Shown in pieces: positions 51,165 through 64,000 of a DNA stretch of 64,000 nucleotides (its first letter is position 1; each line of letters begins with the position of its first letter). The translations under genes and the position numbers were made by a program. The DNA comes from Gordius albopunctatus (lineage: Eukaryota), in the NCBI GenBank assembly GCA_964276515.1, contig OZ193909.1, positions 13,206,001 through 13,270,000 of the forward strand, read 5' to 3'. A model generated the notes under the pieces. That model searched no databases, had not been told where the DNA came from, and worked only from the letters and a program-made list of their open reading frames with translations.

Positions 51165-53237
51165 TTTTTCCCTCTAAACGAAATTTAAAAACAAAAATTA
51201 ATTATTCAACTGGAATTTAAAAATTATTAAATATGTGAGTGAAGAAATATTTAAAAAACTTTCTTTGATGTATCATGTTCATAATAGTCATGCTTAAATT
51301 GAACAGGCAAAAAACTTCATACTATTTAGTTAATGATCACCATTTTTTTGCTTAAGGATGCTTAATTTTATAATTTAGAGAGGGGAAGGTAAAAATTAAA
51401 GTTCTTCACTTTTTTGGCAGATACTTTATTAAAAAAATTTGTTGAAATTTGAGGGACAGGAAATGTACTCAAAGTCCTGCACGGGTCACTACGCAGGGAC
51501 GAGGTCAAAACTTTAAAGAAAATTTGGAACGGGATAAAAATTGAATATGCCCGCATTTTTTACATTTTCCTTTAAATTTAAACATTTTAATAATTAAAAT
51601 TAAAAAACACCATTTATACTTCCCGTTTCCACACATCAATATCGAACTTTTCAATCTTGTTAAAACTTTGGTAAGCTCATGCTTAAGAATTCGGCGAACA
51701 TAAACTGTATAAACTGGTACAAGATGGATGACTTTTAATATTACATTCCATCTTGCCGTTGTATATCTTTCGTAAGTATATTACACTAGAGAAGCAATTA
51801 AATCTATCTTGCTTGGTGGGAATTAAATAACATATACTAAAATTGGTGACAAATGACAGTGGTGTAAATGTTATTTTTTTTTCATATGAAAAGGTTTAAC
51901 AAGGCGTCAATAATTTGATAGAAGGTGTCGCGATGCAAAACCATGGCCTAGATACCGCTGATGTACTTTATTAATTTAATTCACCTTTTCTTAAAAGAAC
52001 TTTAAATTTTTATGACATTTAAGTTGGAATAATTTTTAAATAAAAGTGAAACTATTTGCTTAAAGTGACTTTTGTAATCATTATTTAATTAAATATTCTA
52101 ACTTAAAAAAAGGAAATAATAACACGATACTTCATTTATTAAGAGTCAGGGCCCATGTTAAAAAAGCTATTTTTGAATTTTAAGTTCCAAATAGCACTTA
52201 GAAGGGCGATTAAATAGCAACTTTATACTGAGGTAATGATACCACTAAAATATGTTTTAGGGGCATATAAATAATTGGAAATTTAAATAGACGTATTAAT
52301 GTTGTAAATTAGTGAGTTTAATATGACCTCGGGCATGAGGTTTTTAAGTTTTACCAATTTCACAATGTCACGCCGTAATTATATTTAAATTAAGATAATA
52401 TATCAAAATATATCATTTAACTTAAGCTAGGAGCCACAACTTTAGATGTACGTGTGATATTTTAAAATAATAAAGAGATAAATAAATTCATTATATTTTA
52501 ATTATCTTACTTAGTAGGGGGATGCAGTGTATGTGATGAAATAATTTAGGAATCCAAATTAATTGAAAATCGCATGTCAATGATAAAATGACATTTTACA
52601 GTAAGCTGTGACACAGATTCGTATATAGAATATAGGAATTAACTTGTTTATAAATATTCGTGAAAGATTTAGCTTGACTAACATTAATAGGTGGTGATGA
52701 GGGTTGAGCATAATGGGGCTTTTACCTCAAGGCATTATACCTGTTATTAATTTCAAATATAAACGTCAACTTCAAGGTTTACTATGGCATTTAATTATCC
52801 GAAAGATAAAAGTAATTTACTCATACAGATCTTTATGATACCGAACCATTTTTCTTTTAAACGTAAAAACACGAGAAAAATGTTTTTGACAAATCCATAT
52901 AAAAGACTTTAACCTCAATAAATGTATTAAGGAACCTTTCCCTTTAACATCCATCCATGTATGCTAGTATTTACTTTATCAATTACTAACATTATAAATC
53001 ATGTTCACACCTTTCTTCAGGTGATTTATAAATGATACAAATGTGATGAATGATCTACTTCTGAAAAACACTAAAATTTAACATTTTTGTAAACGGCCTC
53101 AATTTACAAAAACCCGATAGCGCTTTATTTAAGTTATAAACCTAACATTATATTCTTTGTTAATTTTAATTGTATCATAAAACTAGCTGGGTAACGCGAG
53201 CTGAAATTTAAATATTTTAAGAGAAAATATCAAAGAA

Positions 53238-56140
53238 TCTTCTACTTTTTTTATCAGTTATTTGGTCCCACAGTCGTGAGGTTAGTTTTAATGAGTTTCT
53301 ATAACTTTATCGAATTGCTCTTTCCACGTAACACGAGGGCGTCCGCTTCCTCTCTTCCCCGGTACCTCCATGTCCAGTACTTTTTCATTAACATCATTAG
53401 TCTCCCTTCCTAGTATATGCCCATACCACCTTAGCCGATTTTCGTTAATCATGTCCGCCATAGGTTGGATACCCATATTTGTCACGAGAAAGTCATTCGT
53501 TATATGGTGGAGCTTAGTATACCACAAGCTCCACCGTATCATTATCATCTCTGTGGCTTGTAATAGCTTTTCTTCCGTGGTGTTTAAGGCCCATGTTTCA
53601 CTTCCATAGAGTAACACCGGTCTTACGATTGATTTGTAAGCTATGCTCTTCAACCATATTGGCATTTTCTTGTCGCACATTACACCGGATACCCTTTGCC
53701 ATTTAAGCCATCCTTTTTGGATCCGGGCATTGACTTCTGTTGCGCAACCTCCCTTTTGATGTAGCATCGAGCCGAAGTATGAAAACCTGTCTACTTTTGG
53801 GCACTTTAGATAGTCATCCAGCAATGGGCTGCCTGTAACGTTCATTTTCATGTCCAACGTTTTTGGATCGTTGACCTTTAAACATATCCAGCTAAGCGTT
53901 TTGACCACTTTTGGGCTTCTTCGAACACTTTCTCCTTTGTTTCTTCGCCTAGTACTATATCATCGGCATATAGCATACACCATGGCGATGGCTTTGGAAT
54001 GTCTCTCGTTATCGTGTTAATAATTATTATATTAAAAAGAGACTTAAAGCAGATCCTTGATGTAATCCAATTCCAACCCGAAAAGATTTAGAGTCTCCAA
54101 CTGTCTTCCTAACGCAAGAATTTGAGGCTTCATAAATATTTTTTATAAGCCGTATATATGCTTCAGGGATATTTTTTTTCTCATGCATCACCGTAAATCG
54201 CGAGGAACCGTGGCATGAGCTTTATCCAAGTCGATAAAGACCATATGGGTCTGTTCCCATCATTTGTCTTAGTGCGAAAATTGGATCGATTGTGGATTTT
54301 TCGGCCATAAATCCGAATTAATAACCGATATTTCTACCTCGTTTTTCAGTCTTGTTACTAAGATCCTTTCCATTAGCTTGAAGGAATGGCAAGTTAGCTT
54401 GATACCTCTGTAGTTGCCACAGTCCTGAAGGGTTTGCCTTTTAATAAGGGTATAATTGTGCTTGCTCTCCTTTGATTAGGAATTTGATCTTCTACCAATA
54501 TCTAGTTAAAGAGGTTCGTCATGGGCGTAACTCCTTCTTCACTGCATACGAGCAATGCTTCCATAGGTATTCCATCTGAGCCATTAGCTTTTCCATTTGT
54601 GTCCTAACTTCATCTGAAAGAGTTCGACCATACTTATGTTTGGCTCAATATCGGGAAAGAAATCTTGGTTATTTGCAATAAAGTCTTTTAAAATATCCTT
54701 TCCATCACTTCATTCGGCTTGAATAAGATTTGACCTGATTTCTTCAACCTTATCTTGGCTGATTTGTACATGAGCCTATAGCCCCCCTTTATGGTCCAGT
54801 TTGTTTGTCATCGCAATGTACGCGGCATTCTCCGCTATTGCAACGGCCTTTTTCGCGGCTCTCTTTGCTTCCCTATACTCTTGATAATCCTCCGATTTAG
54901 TTTTTTCTATCTTTCGATGAAATCCCTAACCGATTGATCCCACCACAATAGTTCCCTATTCATAGCTTAGCCTCCTTTGGTCTGTACTAGAACTCTAATC
55001 GCTGTTTCCTTTATGTTCTTAGTTAGCGTCTCACATTCGTCGTCTACGTCCCTTTGCAACTTCTTTGCACCCAAGAGTGAAGAGGCATTTTGATGGTATT
55101 TTTCGTCGACGTATCCTTTAACCTTTCATATCGAATTCAAGGTTCATAAACCTTTCTTCTTTCGGAGAATAATTTTCGTATAGATCCATAACAAGATTTT
55201 TTCTCCCGGTATTACTTTGCAATCCTTGATACTTCATAAGTCCTTTGGCCGTATTAGCAGATAGTCAATTTGACTCAAATGCTTCCCACTTCTATAAGTC
55301 GCAATATGATCTTCGCATTTTTGAAAATAGGTGTTAACGATCGGTATGTCGTATTCCCCTTGTTTGTTCTTCAGACCTGCTCATAGCCTCCATGATTGCG
55401 TTCATACCCAAGGCGATCTTTCCCTACGTGAGCGTTGAACCCCAATAATAATTAGCCTTTCTTCCTCCTTCTTTGTATTTCCTTTCCAATGAATCGAAGA
55501 ATATGTCTTTATCAAAATCCATACACCCAATATGGGGAGCATATGCGCACATAACAGTTAGGATGCCCCTTGATCTGCAATTTTCACCCACATTAGCCTG
55601 TCCGAACAACGCTTGACTTCCACAACCTTGTCTTTGGACGATTCGCTTAGAGCGATACCGACCTCACCCCTAAGATTGGATTCACTGTAGAATAGTTTGT
55701 ATCCTTCTCCTAACTCCCAAATTTTGGTTCCGTTCCACGTCTTCTCTTGTAGGCAGGCGATGTCTACCTTTCTTCTTTTTAACATTTTGTCACCTCGATG
55801 CTCTTCCCCGTCAACGTGCCCACATTCCAGCACGTTATTCGCATTTTTTCCACGACTAATTTCCTTGACCGCCTTCGTTGTGAGTTGGGCTTAGTGTATT
55901 TTTCACATAGCATGGGCGGGGTATGCAGTGGCCGTCGTTTGTGGAGGACGCCCTAGCTTTCTGTTGTGAAAGTTTGTTTGAAACCATCATGATTTTGGAG
56001 TTGGTCTTTACAGCCGGTTTTTGGCCTGACGCCTCCCATCCACTCTTTGCACACGGACTTGCCAAAGAATATCTGCACAAAATTATCCCTTTTGAACTAA
56101 TAAAATTTACTGGAGAGGCCTGGGTCATGTTAACCCAGTA
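53238..56140 (-). mobile_element. Near-full-length, decayed RTE-clade LINE (APE endonuclease plus RT)
   Basis: APE motifs WNVGTLTGKS, DIACLQE, AYAP. RT motifs GLHQGSAL and YADD (~53960). C-terminus VRPVLLYGSETW...LRWYGHILGR...PGKRGSGRPRVTW. Many frameshifts and stops. Confidence 0.9.
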
Positions 56141-56330
56141 AAACCAATCGTGAAATTAATTTTGTAAATGTTAAATATGGTTATGTTAATATGATTTGCA
56201 AAAAATAATCTTTAAAAGTCATCAGTTTCAAACTAATAACAGTTCCAACAGCCAATTCACCTATCCTCGTAATTTAATTTGCGCATATTTAAAATATTTC
56301 TTAATTTGATTCAGAAATATTTATGATTTT

Positions 56331-56375
56331 ACTAGCTGACCCGGCAAACGTTGTTTTGCTATATACATTATTTTT
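56331..56375 (-). mobile_element. Helitron-like 3' terminus
   Basis: Minus strand reads GCAAAACAACGTTTGCCGGGTCAGCTAG|T, a CTAG 3' end like those of non-autonomous Helitrons. 5' end not located. Confidence 0.4.
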
Positions 56376-57020
56376 AGAATATACTATAAGTGATGTGCAC
56401 GCTCATCGTTATATCTCGATCATATAATGAGCGATTAAAATATAATTGTCCAATGGGAAATAATTCACGAACTTAATGTAGGAAGAATTAACACACTAAA
56501 TACAAAATATAAATAGATAAAGCAAAGTACTTAACATTAAATTTTTTATTGCTTTGCTTTACACATTTTGCTTAATGTTTTTACAAAAAAAATACATCAC
56601 TTTTTTGCCTTTCAACGTATTAGTCAATTTTAATAATAAATACACCGTATTACAAAATAATATTATTAATATTAAATATATTGCCTGATGTTTTTGGTTG
56701 GAAAAACAAAGAGGAATTAGATATAAACATGCCTGTTCATCGGAGGTATAAAATGTAAATTTATGCTCAAAATAAATTTATAGCAAAAGATGAAATAATA
56801 TAAGTGTGTAATTTAAAAATCATAACGAGTTAATAATGACTGACATGTTATACCAACCAAGGCATTTACCTTTCTTAGGTCACCTAAGTCAAATTGAAAT
56901 TGGCGTTAACAGTGGCGAAAAAGCAAAATCCTGACCCCTCCCATTTTTCCAATGGATGGTTTCATTTATTCTTCTTTGTTTTGTAATAGCACATACTACG
57001 ATTATTTAGATAATAACTAG

Positions 57021-57153
57021 CATGGGAGTAGCCAGGCTTGGAGGTAGAGGGGGGGGCAATAGTGCTTTAGACAGGGGCAAAATAGTAATTTTTTAAAATT
57101 TCTGGATTTAGAGGGAGCAGACGCCCCTCCCTGCCACCCTAGTTACGTCCATG
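57021..57153. mobile_element. CATGGGCG-family MITE
   Basis: Perfect TSD ATAACTAG. Further copies or remnants at ~28107..28338, 31076..31219, 34591..34743, 37573..37740, 49847..50003 and 62220..62357. Confidence 0.85.
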
Positions 57154-57892
57154 ATAACTAGGATCAAATAGAGAAGGTGTTTAATTAATTGCTTTGCAAT
57201 TTATAAGTTTTAAATACTAATAATAATATGTTAATTTATTTTATTAGGTGAGTTCTGAAAGGCTGTGGAAAGGATATTTAGGACTTTTATTAATTAAATT
57301 TATGTGTAAAAATAAAATTAATCAATACCTCGTATATAAATTCATCTAAAAGCAGTTCCAGTGGGAGCGGTCCGAACAAGCCCCTGAGCCTAAAGTGTTA
57401 ATCTTAATTTTTAAGCAATATATCTTTAATTATGTTTATTTTATATATTTATAACAAAATTAATAGATATTTGTAAATAATTTAAATTAATAAATAATAA
57501 GGGTGACCAATAAATGATGAGAAATCCAATTTCACTACTAAATTAAATAATTTTTTAAATAAAAATCTACCTTTTAAATTGTGCTTGCCTTAATTTTAAG
57601 AAATTAAAAACGCTTTTGGAATTGTTTTTTATATTATTTTTTAAAGTTTTCAATCGCTATTGATCTTTGTGTTTTTATTTGAAAACATGAGAATAAAAAT
57701 TTACGAGCATAAATCTTGCTCCGAGCCATGCGACTTTGTGTGAACTCGCTCATCAGGCCCGCCCCAAACTCAATTATTTAATTTTGGTCCAAGTCTCGCT
57801 CAAGATCCCTTTGGGTCAGACCGGGCTTTAATGAACCAGATCCGTAAAAAAATGCAAAATCTAAAAAAAGACATAATAAGGCTTCTTAATAA

Positions 57893-58378
57893 TTTTTTTT
57901 TATGTTAAAATGCTTTTATTCGGTAAAATTGATACATGAAATATACAATAAACGAGCATAAAATAATATTATAAATAAAAGAAATTATTCATCACATTCG
58001 TCAATAGATAAAGATTTGTAATTATATTTAGCTATCAGAATGCCGATTTTTTGGCGTAAAATAAAGCTGGGTGAGTATTTAGCTTTGGGGGATCTGTTTC
58101 CTATCGATCTAAAAAAAGCTAATGCTTTTTTGCCAGAAGTAGCCGAACAGGAAGCTATTATTGGAATAAAAATCTTAGAATCAGCGATGGCTCGGTATTT
58201 GAGTGTTCTACGATCTTCGGCACAAGAAAGTGGGTTATAATTTATTAGTTGGCGCGAAGATATCAATGCAGGTAAAGTCTCAAGCTAGGAACTTACCATC
58301 CTCCCAGGGGATCATAGAAGCTCCGTCGGGACGCATTCTACCTTCTAAAGAAGGATCGGATGTTTCAAGGATGGAACA
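57893..58378 (-). mobile_element. 3' fragment of a CRE-type non-LTR retrotransposon
   Basis: Minus strand reads SDPSLEGRMRPDGASMIPWEDGKFLA*DFTCIDIFA...AEDRRTLKY...LRQKIGILIAKYNYKSL, closely similar to 14787..15437. Poly(A) tail appears as a T-run at 57893..57901. Confidence 0.85.
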
Positions 58379-58571
58379 GTTTTGAATTTAATATTAGAGG
58401 GATAAAACATAAATAAAATATTAAATTTTCAACCAGTATATTTGAATTCAGATCGTAATCCAATAGTTTTATGAAAATAATCAACTTTATTAAACTATGA
58501 TATATAATTTCGCTTTTCAAGGGTCTTAGTTTTTAAGAGGCTTCAAACTTTGCCGCTGTTCTTGATATAAT

Positions 58572-58826
58572 TGTAGTGTAGCCGCATTCGCGTTTTTCCT
58601 ATACTTGAGCGCGGTCACAGATATTTGAATATACGCTTAGCCATTTGAATATACCTTAGTTTACACCGTACTTTATCTCTTATTTGATTACTACTTTTAT
58701 ATATGTCCTTCGCTATGTGTATAAAAAGCCTTATCCACCTAATAAAAGAGTCTCTGTTTCTTGATGTAGTCTCTTGGTTTAGAATCTGAGTTTAGCGTTA
58801 TCTCCCCTGGCCACCACTTCGTTACA
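58572..58826 (+). mobile_element. Solo LTR
   Basis: TGTA...TACA ends, 5-bp TSD ATAAT, internal TATAAAA (~58720) and AATAAA (58741). Confidence 0.75.
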
Positions 58827-58881
58827 ATAATTGTGCCCCAAAAAATATTATAAGCATGATATTGTTACGGGTATAAATTAC

Positions 58882-59018
58882 CATAGGCGTAGCCAGGCCC
58901 CCTCCCCCCCCCCCCCCAATGACAAAAAAATCCAGTGCAAAAATCCTTAAAATTATGTTTTTTAACTTTTAAACTTTTCGCCCCCCCCCCCTCCTAATCC
59001 AAAACCTGGCTGTCCATG
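58882..59018. mobile_element. CATGGGCG-family MITE
   Basis: cataggcgtagccagg...cctggctgtccatg, perfect TSD TAAATTAC. Confidence 0.85.
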
Positions 59019-60867
59019 TAAATTACTATGAAGGTTTGTATTTTGTAGGTTAAATAATTATGGTTTAAGGAGTGATGCAATACCCTAGTTACAAAAAACG
59101 TAGTTTTTATTAGTTGTATAATTATACGAAAATCAAAATATTTTTAGTCATCCTATCGATTTCATTTTGTACTTTAACAAATCATTTTATGGTAAATCAT
59201 TTCAATTAGCCTTAATATAGCAGTTTTTACATATTGCTGTTGTTTTTAATTGCTATGAAATTTATGGTCTCGCTTTTCGTTGTTGTGTCGTGAGTGGGTG
59301 TCCTGTCCAATTTCAAAATTATGTTTGATTTTGATCCTTTGAAATATATAAAAAATTTGACATTTATTTTTTGACTTGATAAGAAACGAAAGCAGAAAGA
59401 CCTAAACTGATTTAATATCAGTTGCCCATTTAGTTTAACAAACAGGTAGAGAAAACAATTTAAGTCGCCTTGATCAAAATTACAGCTTGCCCCCCCCCCC
59501 CCGCCCCGCATGCTTAAAACTCTAGCTTCATCACTTGGTGTTAAATCGAATAAAATAAAACCTATCAAATGAAGGATGTAAATTAAGCACACATTTTGAT
59601 ATTATAGAAAACTAATTAAACGAACACGAAAGCATTTTAAAATGTTCAACCAGAACTGGACCCGCAACCTCGGGTCCCGTGCAGGCATCTAGTGTTCCAT
59701 AAAATCCACATTCAAAGTTTAAAAATTATAAATTTACCCTCACTAAATTATTAAAAACTTTTTGCCCCACTTTTATACAAATCCTTGCAAAACCTATATT
59801 TACACAACCAATGATTTGTGACAGTAAACATATTCTCCGTAAAAGATTCAAAATTATCACCTATTTTATTAAAGTTTTATTTTGATTGGTTCCATTATCC
59901 CCTGTTTATGTTAAAATGCGATCTAAAATATTTCACTGATTTATTCTGTATTCCTAGTTTCAGCATACAGTAATTGCATCATTACAATCTCGTATATATA
60001 TATAATTTTAATAAAGGATCTTGTTTATAATAAAAAAAACAATTTATGGGTTTATATATAACAAATAATATGAAAGAAGATAATCTAATCTTTCAAATAT
60101 AATATGGAGGACTAGAGAAAGAAGTTTGAAAAGGCAGAAATTGGTAACTATGATTTTATATTACGATAAGGCATGTCGAAAACTTAACAAATGCACAAGT
60201 AGCCATGATGTATAAAAGTACAATGTCTCAAAAATAGGCGAAAATAAATGTTTTAATACGATTTCGATAATTTGTGTAAGTAGGCTGATATCGTACCAAT
60301 CACACACCTTGATGTTCTGAGCTGCAAAAATTTATACATCCAATTATAAATCATAACATTATATGATAAAAGAGAATAAAAAAATATTATCTTGAACAAA
60401 ATTACGGGCCTATTTCAAGCGCCCTAAATTAAAAAATTTAAGAATAAACATTTTATAAAAGTGTAAACCATGGTTATGCTATCTATAAAACCAAAAAACA
60501 ATTATACAATATTGAATTAACTTGATTACTTAATTCTCAAGATATAATATACAAAATACTTTCGTCTGCTTTTATTTGTATGCAAAACTCTATGGGTATT
60601 GTGTTTTACAAAAACCAATAAAATACACCCAATATCATATAAAGCGGTAATGATTATGAAAAACAAGGTATTAATAGATAACTTTTATTTATTACGATAT
60701 TACCTTAAGCTGCTCAAAACTTCAAACAAAGTACAACATCCAGGCGAGGTGAGTGGTAGTGATAGTAGCAGAGATATTTCAGAAAATATATATGGGGCAA
60801 GGGGTATAAGGTAATTTTGGTCCCTGAAGGTTTGAGTATTTTTATGGCATGCCCCGTCAAGGGGTCA

Positions 60868-61229
60868 TTAAAGGGGCGTTTCCGGAGGGTCGGTGGAATG
60901 GGGCGAGAGGGGGAGGGGGTTGGAGGAGGACTTTAGCTGATCGACCCTCACCCTGGCCAATAATTGAGTCACGTGAGCCAACACATCGGTCACGTGGGCT
61001 AAAATGGCTTCCGACGAGGATTCGTTACCGGGGGTCGTTTCGGTACCGCGACTTCTGGGTGCGGTGGCGTTACGGTACTTGCGGCGCAGCTGGGCCAAGG
61101 TGCGGGCGCTGCAGCGAGGCATGTTGACGGGGATGGTGTTGTGAAAACGGGAATAATCTACCATGTAATCCCCGTCCTCCCGAATGAAAGTTATGAGTTT
61201 TTGGAAACGATAGCCCCACAAGATTTCAC
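60868..61229 (-). CDS. Terminal coding exon of a second inward rectifier K+ channel; upstream exons not found in the window
   Basis: Acceptor TTATAG|GT GAA ATC TTG TGG at the same position and phase as Kir exon 44544. Reads EILWGYRFQKLITFIREDGDYMVDYSRFHNTIPVNMPRCSARTL and ends ...DPPETPL*. Confidence 0.88.
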
Positions 61230-61517
61230 CTATAACAATCGTTGAAACGTGTTTTAAAACTAGTATTATTAATTAATATGGAGAAGCACACCTAGCTAGA
61301 TTGTTTTTGTGAATAATTAATTCCCCCTTTAAAATATTCACCAGGTTTTATTGAAGAGTGTATTGCCTATCTAGTAGTAAGTCAGTATTGTAAACGCGGC
61401 TTGGCTTTTTCGGTCGACCTATGGTTTTAGCAACCAAAAGATTTTTGGCCCAATTTTCTTAGTCTAGGCCTAGACAAAATTTACGAAACAGACCACCAGA
61501 GTAGACCGTTTATCTTA

Positions 61518-61784
61518 GGGCTTGTCTTAATATCGGATTTTGCTGCGCAGCAAAAATCGTTGTGCTGGTTATAACATAGCCGTGTCTAAACTTCGAATTC
61601 ACAGCACATTTTCATTTCAGACGGCGATTAATGCCAAGAGTTGAAATAAATAAAAAACGGATTTAACTATCAAAAAACAAAATATTAATAATTAAAACCG
61701 AGTCTGACACATGAAATTGAATCAAATATTTGATAAAGATAAATTCGCGCCATTTGAATCAGAATCCGATATTAAGACAAGACC
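61518..61784. mobile_element. PIF/Harbinger MITE, copy 2
   Basis: Same TIR as 35766..36121, TSD TTA. Nested in a TAGTGTTGTAAA-family remnant (~61383..61836). Confidence 0.85.
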
Positions 61785-61873
61785 TTAGTTGAACCAAAGG
61801 TAGACCCAACAAAACCCGGCAGTTTTTACAACACTCCTACTAGTTTAGTTAGTTCACCCAAAAATTCTTGACG

Positions 61874-61957
61874 TTATGAGTTGGAGCGATAGCCCTCCAA
61901 GATTTCATCTATAACAATCGTTGAAACGTTTCTTAAAACTATTATTATTGATTAATA
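61874..61957 (-). other. Duplicated splice acceptor plus degenerate start of the second Kir terminal exon
   Basis: 61874..61957 aligns with 61191..61278. The AG is intact at 61910-61909 and reads x-EILEGYRSNS-stop. Confidence 0.8.
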
Positions 61958-62468
61958 AAAAGTTCTAAGCAACCCCAGAACCACCCACCCCTCTAAATCC
62001 ATTTTTTTTTATAATTCCAATTTAATATGCCCCTCTCCTTTTTTTTGAAATTAGTTTACGAATACAACGTACACGATAATAATAATTAATAAAGCGCGCA
62101 AAGCAATCATTTATAAAAAAAACATTAAGATTTAAAATGATTATTATTATAGTTATTGACATTAAATTATAGGAAACCATGCGTTGTGGTTGTTAAACGA
62201 TCCCCAACCAAGTCAAAATTTTTATCTTCGGAATTAGAGGAGCAATAATGATTTAGGGAGGGGCAAAATGATCCTTTTTTGAAATTTTAGCCATAATAAA
62301 TTTTTGGATTTAGAAGGGGGCAGCCATCGCTTCCTGCCCCCCCCCCTTGCGCCCATGAATCCGGGCTAAAAATAGCTTGCGGAGCATTGCGACATGTCAT
62401 AGTGAGCTAACATTGTTGAATGAATGCATTCTCTTATTGAATTATATGGACCCAATTTAAAATGCCAC

Positions 62469-62628
62469 TATGAGCGTAGCCGGGGGGGGGGGCGGTTTTC
62501 CCTTCTAAATTCAAAAATTTGTTGAAATTTATTAAAATTCTGGCTAAAAGTTCAAAAAATGATCATTTTGCCCCAGACTAAATAATTATTGGCCCCCCCC
62601 TCTAATTTCAATGCTGGCTACGCCAACG
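62469..62628. mobile_element. CATGGGCG-family MITE
   Basis: tatgagcgtagccgg...ctggctacgccaacg, perfect TSD AATGCCAC. Confidence 0.85.
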
Positions 62629-64000
62629 AATGCCACCACTACTTAATAAAATATAGCAAAACACAAAACTTTCGCTAATGTTGCATCGCACATCGCTAGC
62701 TTAAATACAAACGCGCACAAAAAGACAAAGATTGGTATAATTATTCCGAGCTATTGTCACAACCGTCATAAAATATGGTCAAATGCCAGGTCTAACGGTG
62801 ACGACACATAACCTAAGGTCTAACAAAAAATATCATACCGCTCGATAAAAGGTTTGGTCGTGTTGTGGTATAATAATTGTTTTACACGATGAATAAGGGA
62901 TGGATGAGCCAATTTTGTAGTCGATCGTTAATTGATTTGTTAAACGAGGTTTTAGAGAAAAGCCAGTGTTGATCAACTTATGATTACAAAACTTAGCTCG
63001 AGGGGCAATAAATTTTTTTAAAGAAGCTAAGGGATTAGCAATAAAAATTACGATACTGTAGTTGGGTCCGGTCGAGGTTAATCGGATTGCTGTGGTATCG
63101 ACGCATGTGCGTATAAAATTTATAGGGACAGGCCAATATTAAGTCTTTCCGTAATAGTAATTCCTTAATTTTTCAATTGCAAATTTTTTACTATTTATAC
63201 CCATAATGTTCATGTTTTTTGAGTTAATTTTTGCGAATAAATTCAGTTCAATTTTGGGGCCTAATAAAATGTATGTATAAGTGATGGGTCAAAACATGAT
63301 GTTGAAGGGTTGCCGATATGACACGTCAAAATTAAGCGAATCAATCGACATCCTGGCTCAATTTCTGTTCCCAAATTTAATTTTTGAACACCATAATCAT
63401 GATTGAAATTCACAAAATCCTCATTCACTCGCACCCTTAATTTTGGCCTCAATACTGATTGAGCCAAGAGTAAGCATGGCGAAAACTGTTTGCTTAATTG
63501 TCAATAATAACTTAACGCGACACGTCATATAAAATCATAGCTCGTCGAAGGAGACCAACCCAACTCCAATGTAACCCCAAGGTCCCCCAACTTATTCATC
63601 ACATTATCATGTCTTCGAGTGCTGTCGCAACTAAATCTCTATTTCGCAATTTACCCGTTAAAATAGGTGGAAAAACTTGAGGGGAAATGGTTGAAACTAG
63701 GGCATGGTATGTAGGGCGCTAAAGGCACAAACACATCATACACAATAATAATATATGGGTAAGGTGGTGGTATACAAACAAATTACCTAAGCATCATCAA
63801 TAATAACTACGGAGGCGGCGTGGGTATATCACGCCTCCGCCCGAAGGAAGGTCTTAACGAGAAAAGCATAATTATGAAATAAGTTAGAGAGCCGTGCGTG
63901 CATGCCACGCTATATTAATTGTGCACTCATTTCATGTGATTAAGAAGAAGCGATCGGAGACGACATATTTCCAGTGCGACATTTATAAGGTCAACTAGCT

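Noticed and set aside
55880..56140. Possible HDV-like ribozyme at the RTE 5' end
   Set aside because: Such ribozymes are known for some RTE elements, but I could only see simple hairpins and could not build the nested double pseudoknot.
63261..63467. 68-aa minus-strand ORF as a Kir exon or separate gene
   Set aside because: No Kir motifs, non-ATG start and no recognisable homology.

Overview
AT-rich, intron-containing genomic DNA from an animal, probably an invertebrate; the species cannot be determined here. I reconstructed three complete spliced genes by hand. (1) An SLC18B1-like MFS transporter on the minus strand: 7 coding exons, about 579 aa. (2) The bifunctional lysine-catabolic enzyme AASS (LKR/SDH) on the plus strand: 24 coding exons, about 989 aa, with one GC-AG intron. 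(3) An inward-rectifier K+ channel (Kir) on the minus strand: 4 coding exons, about 552 aa. The last exon of a second, tandem Kir paralogue lies near the window end. Introns and intergenic DNA are dense with transposon debris: CRE-type RLE LINE fragments, a decayed RTE LINE, a deleted Gypsy element, a solo LTR, a piggyBac transposase relic, a Sola2-like long-TIR derivative, a tandem Helentron-like element with 128-bp repeats, and many hAT, PIF and Mutator MITEs, several of them nested. The most notable observations are a minimal hammerhead-ribozyme-like motif upstream of AASS, a Kir lacking all three classical acidic rectification residues, and a duplicated splice acceptor that could truncate the second Kir. 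I found no clearly novel multi-gene system. All homology calls come from recognising motifs by eye, not from database searches.
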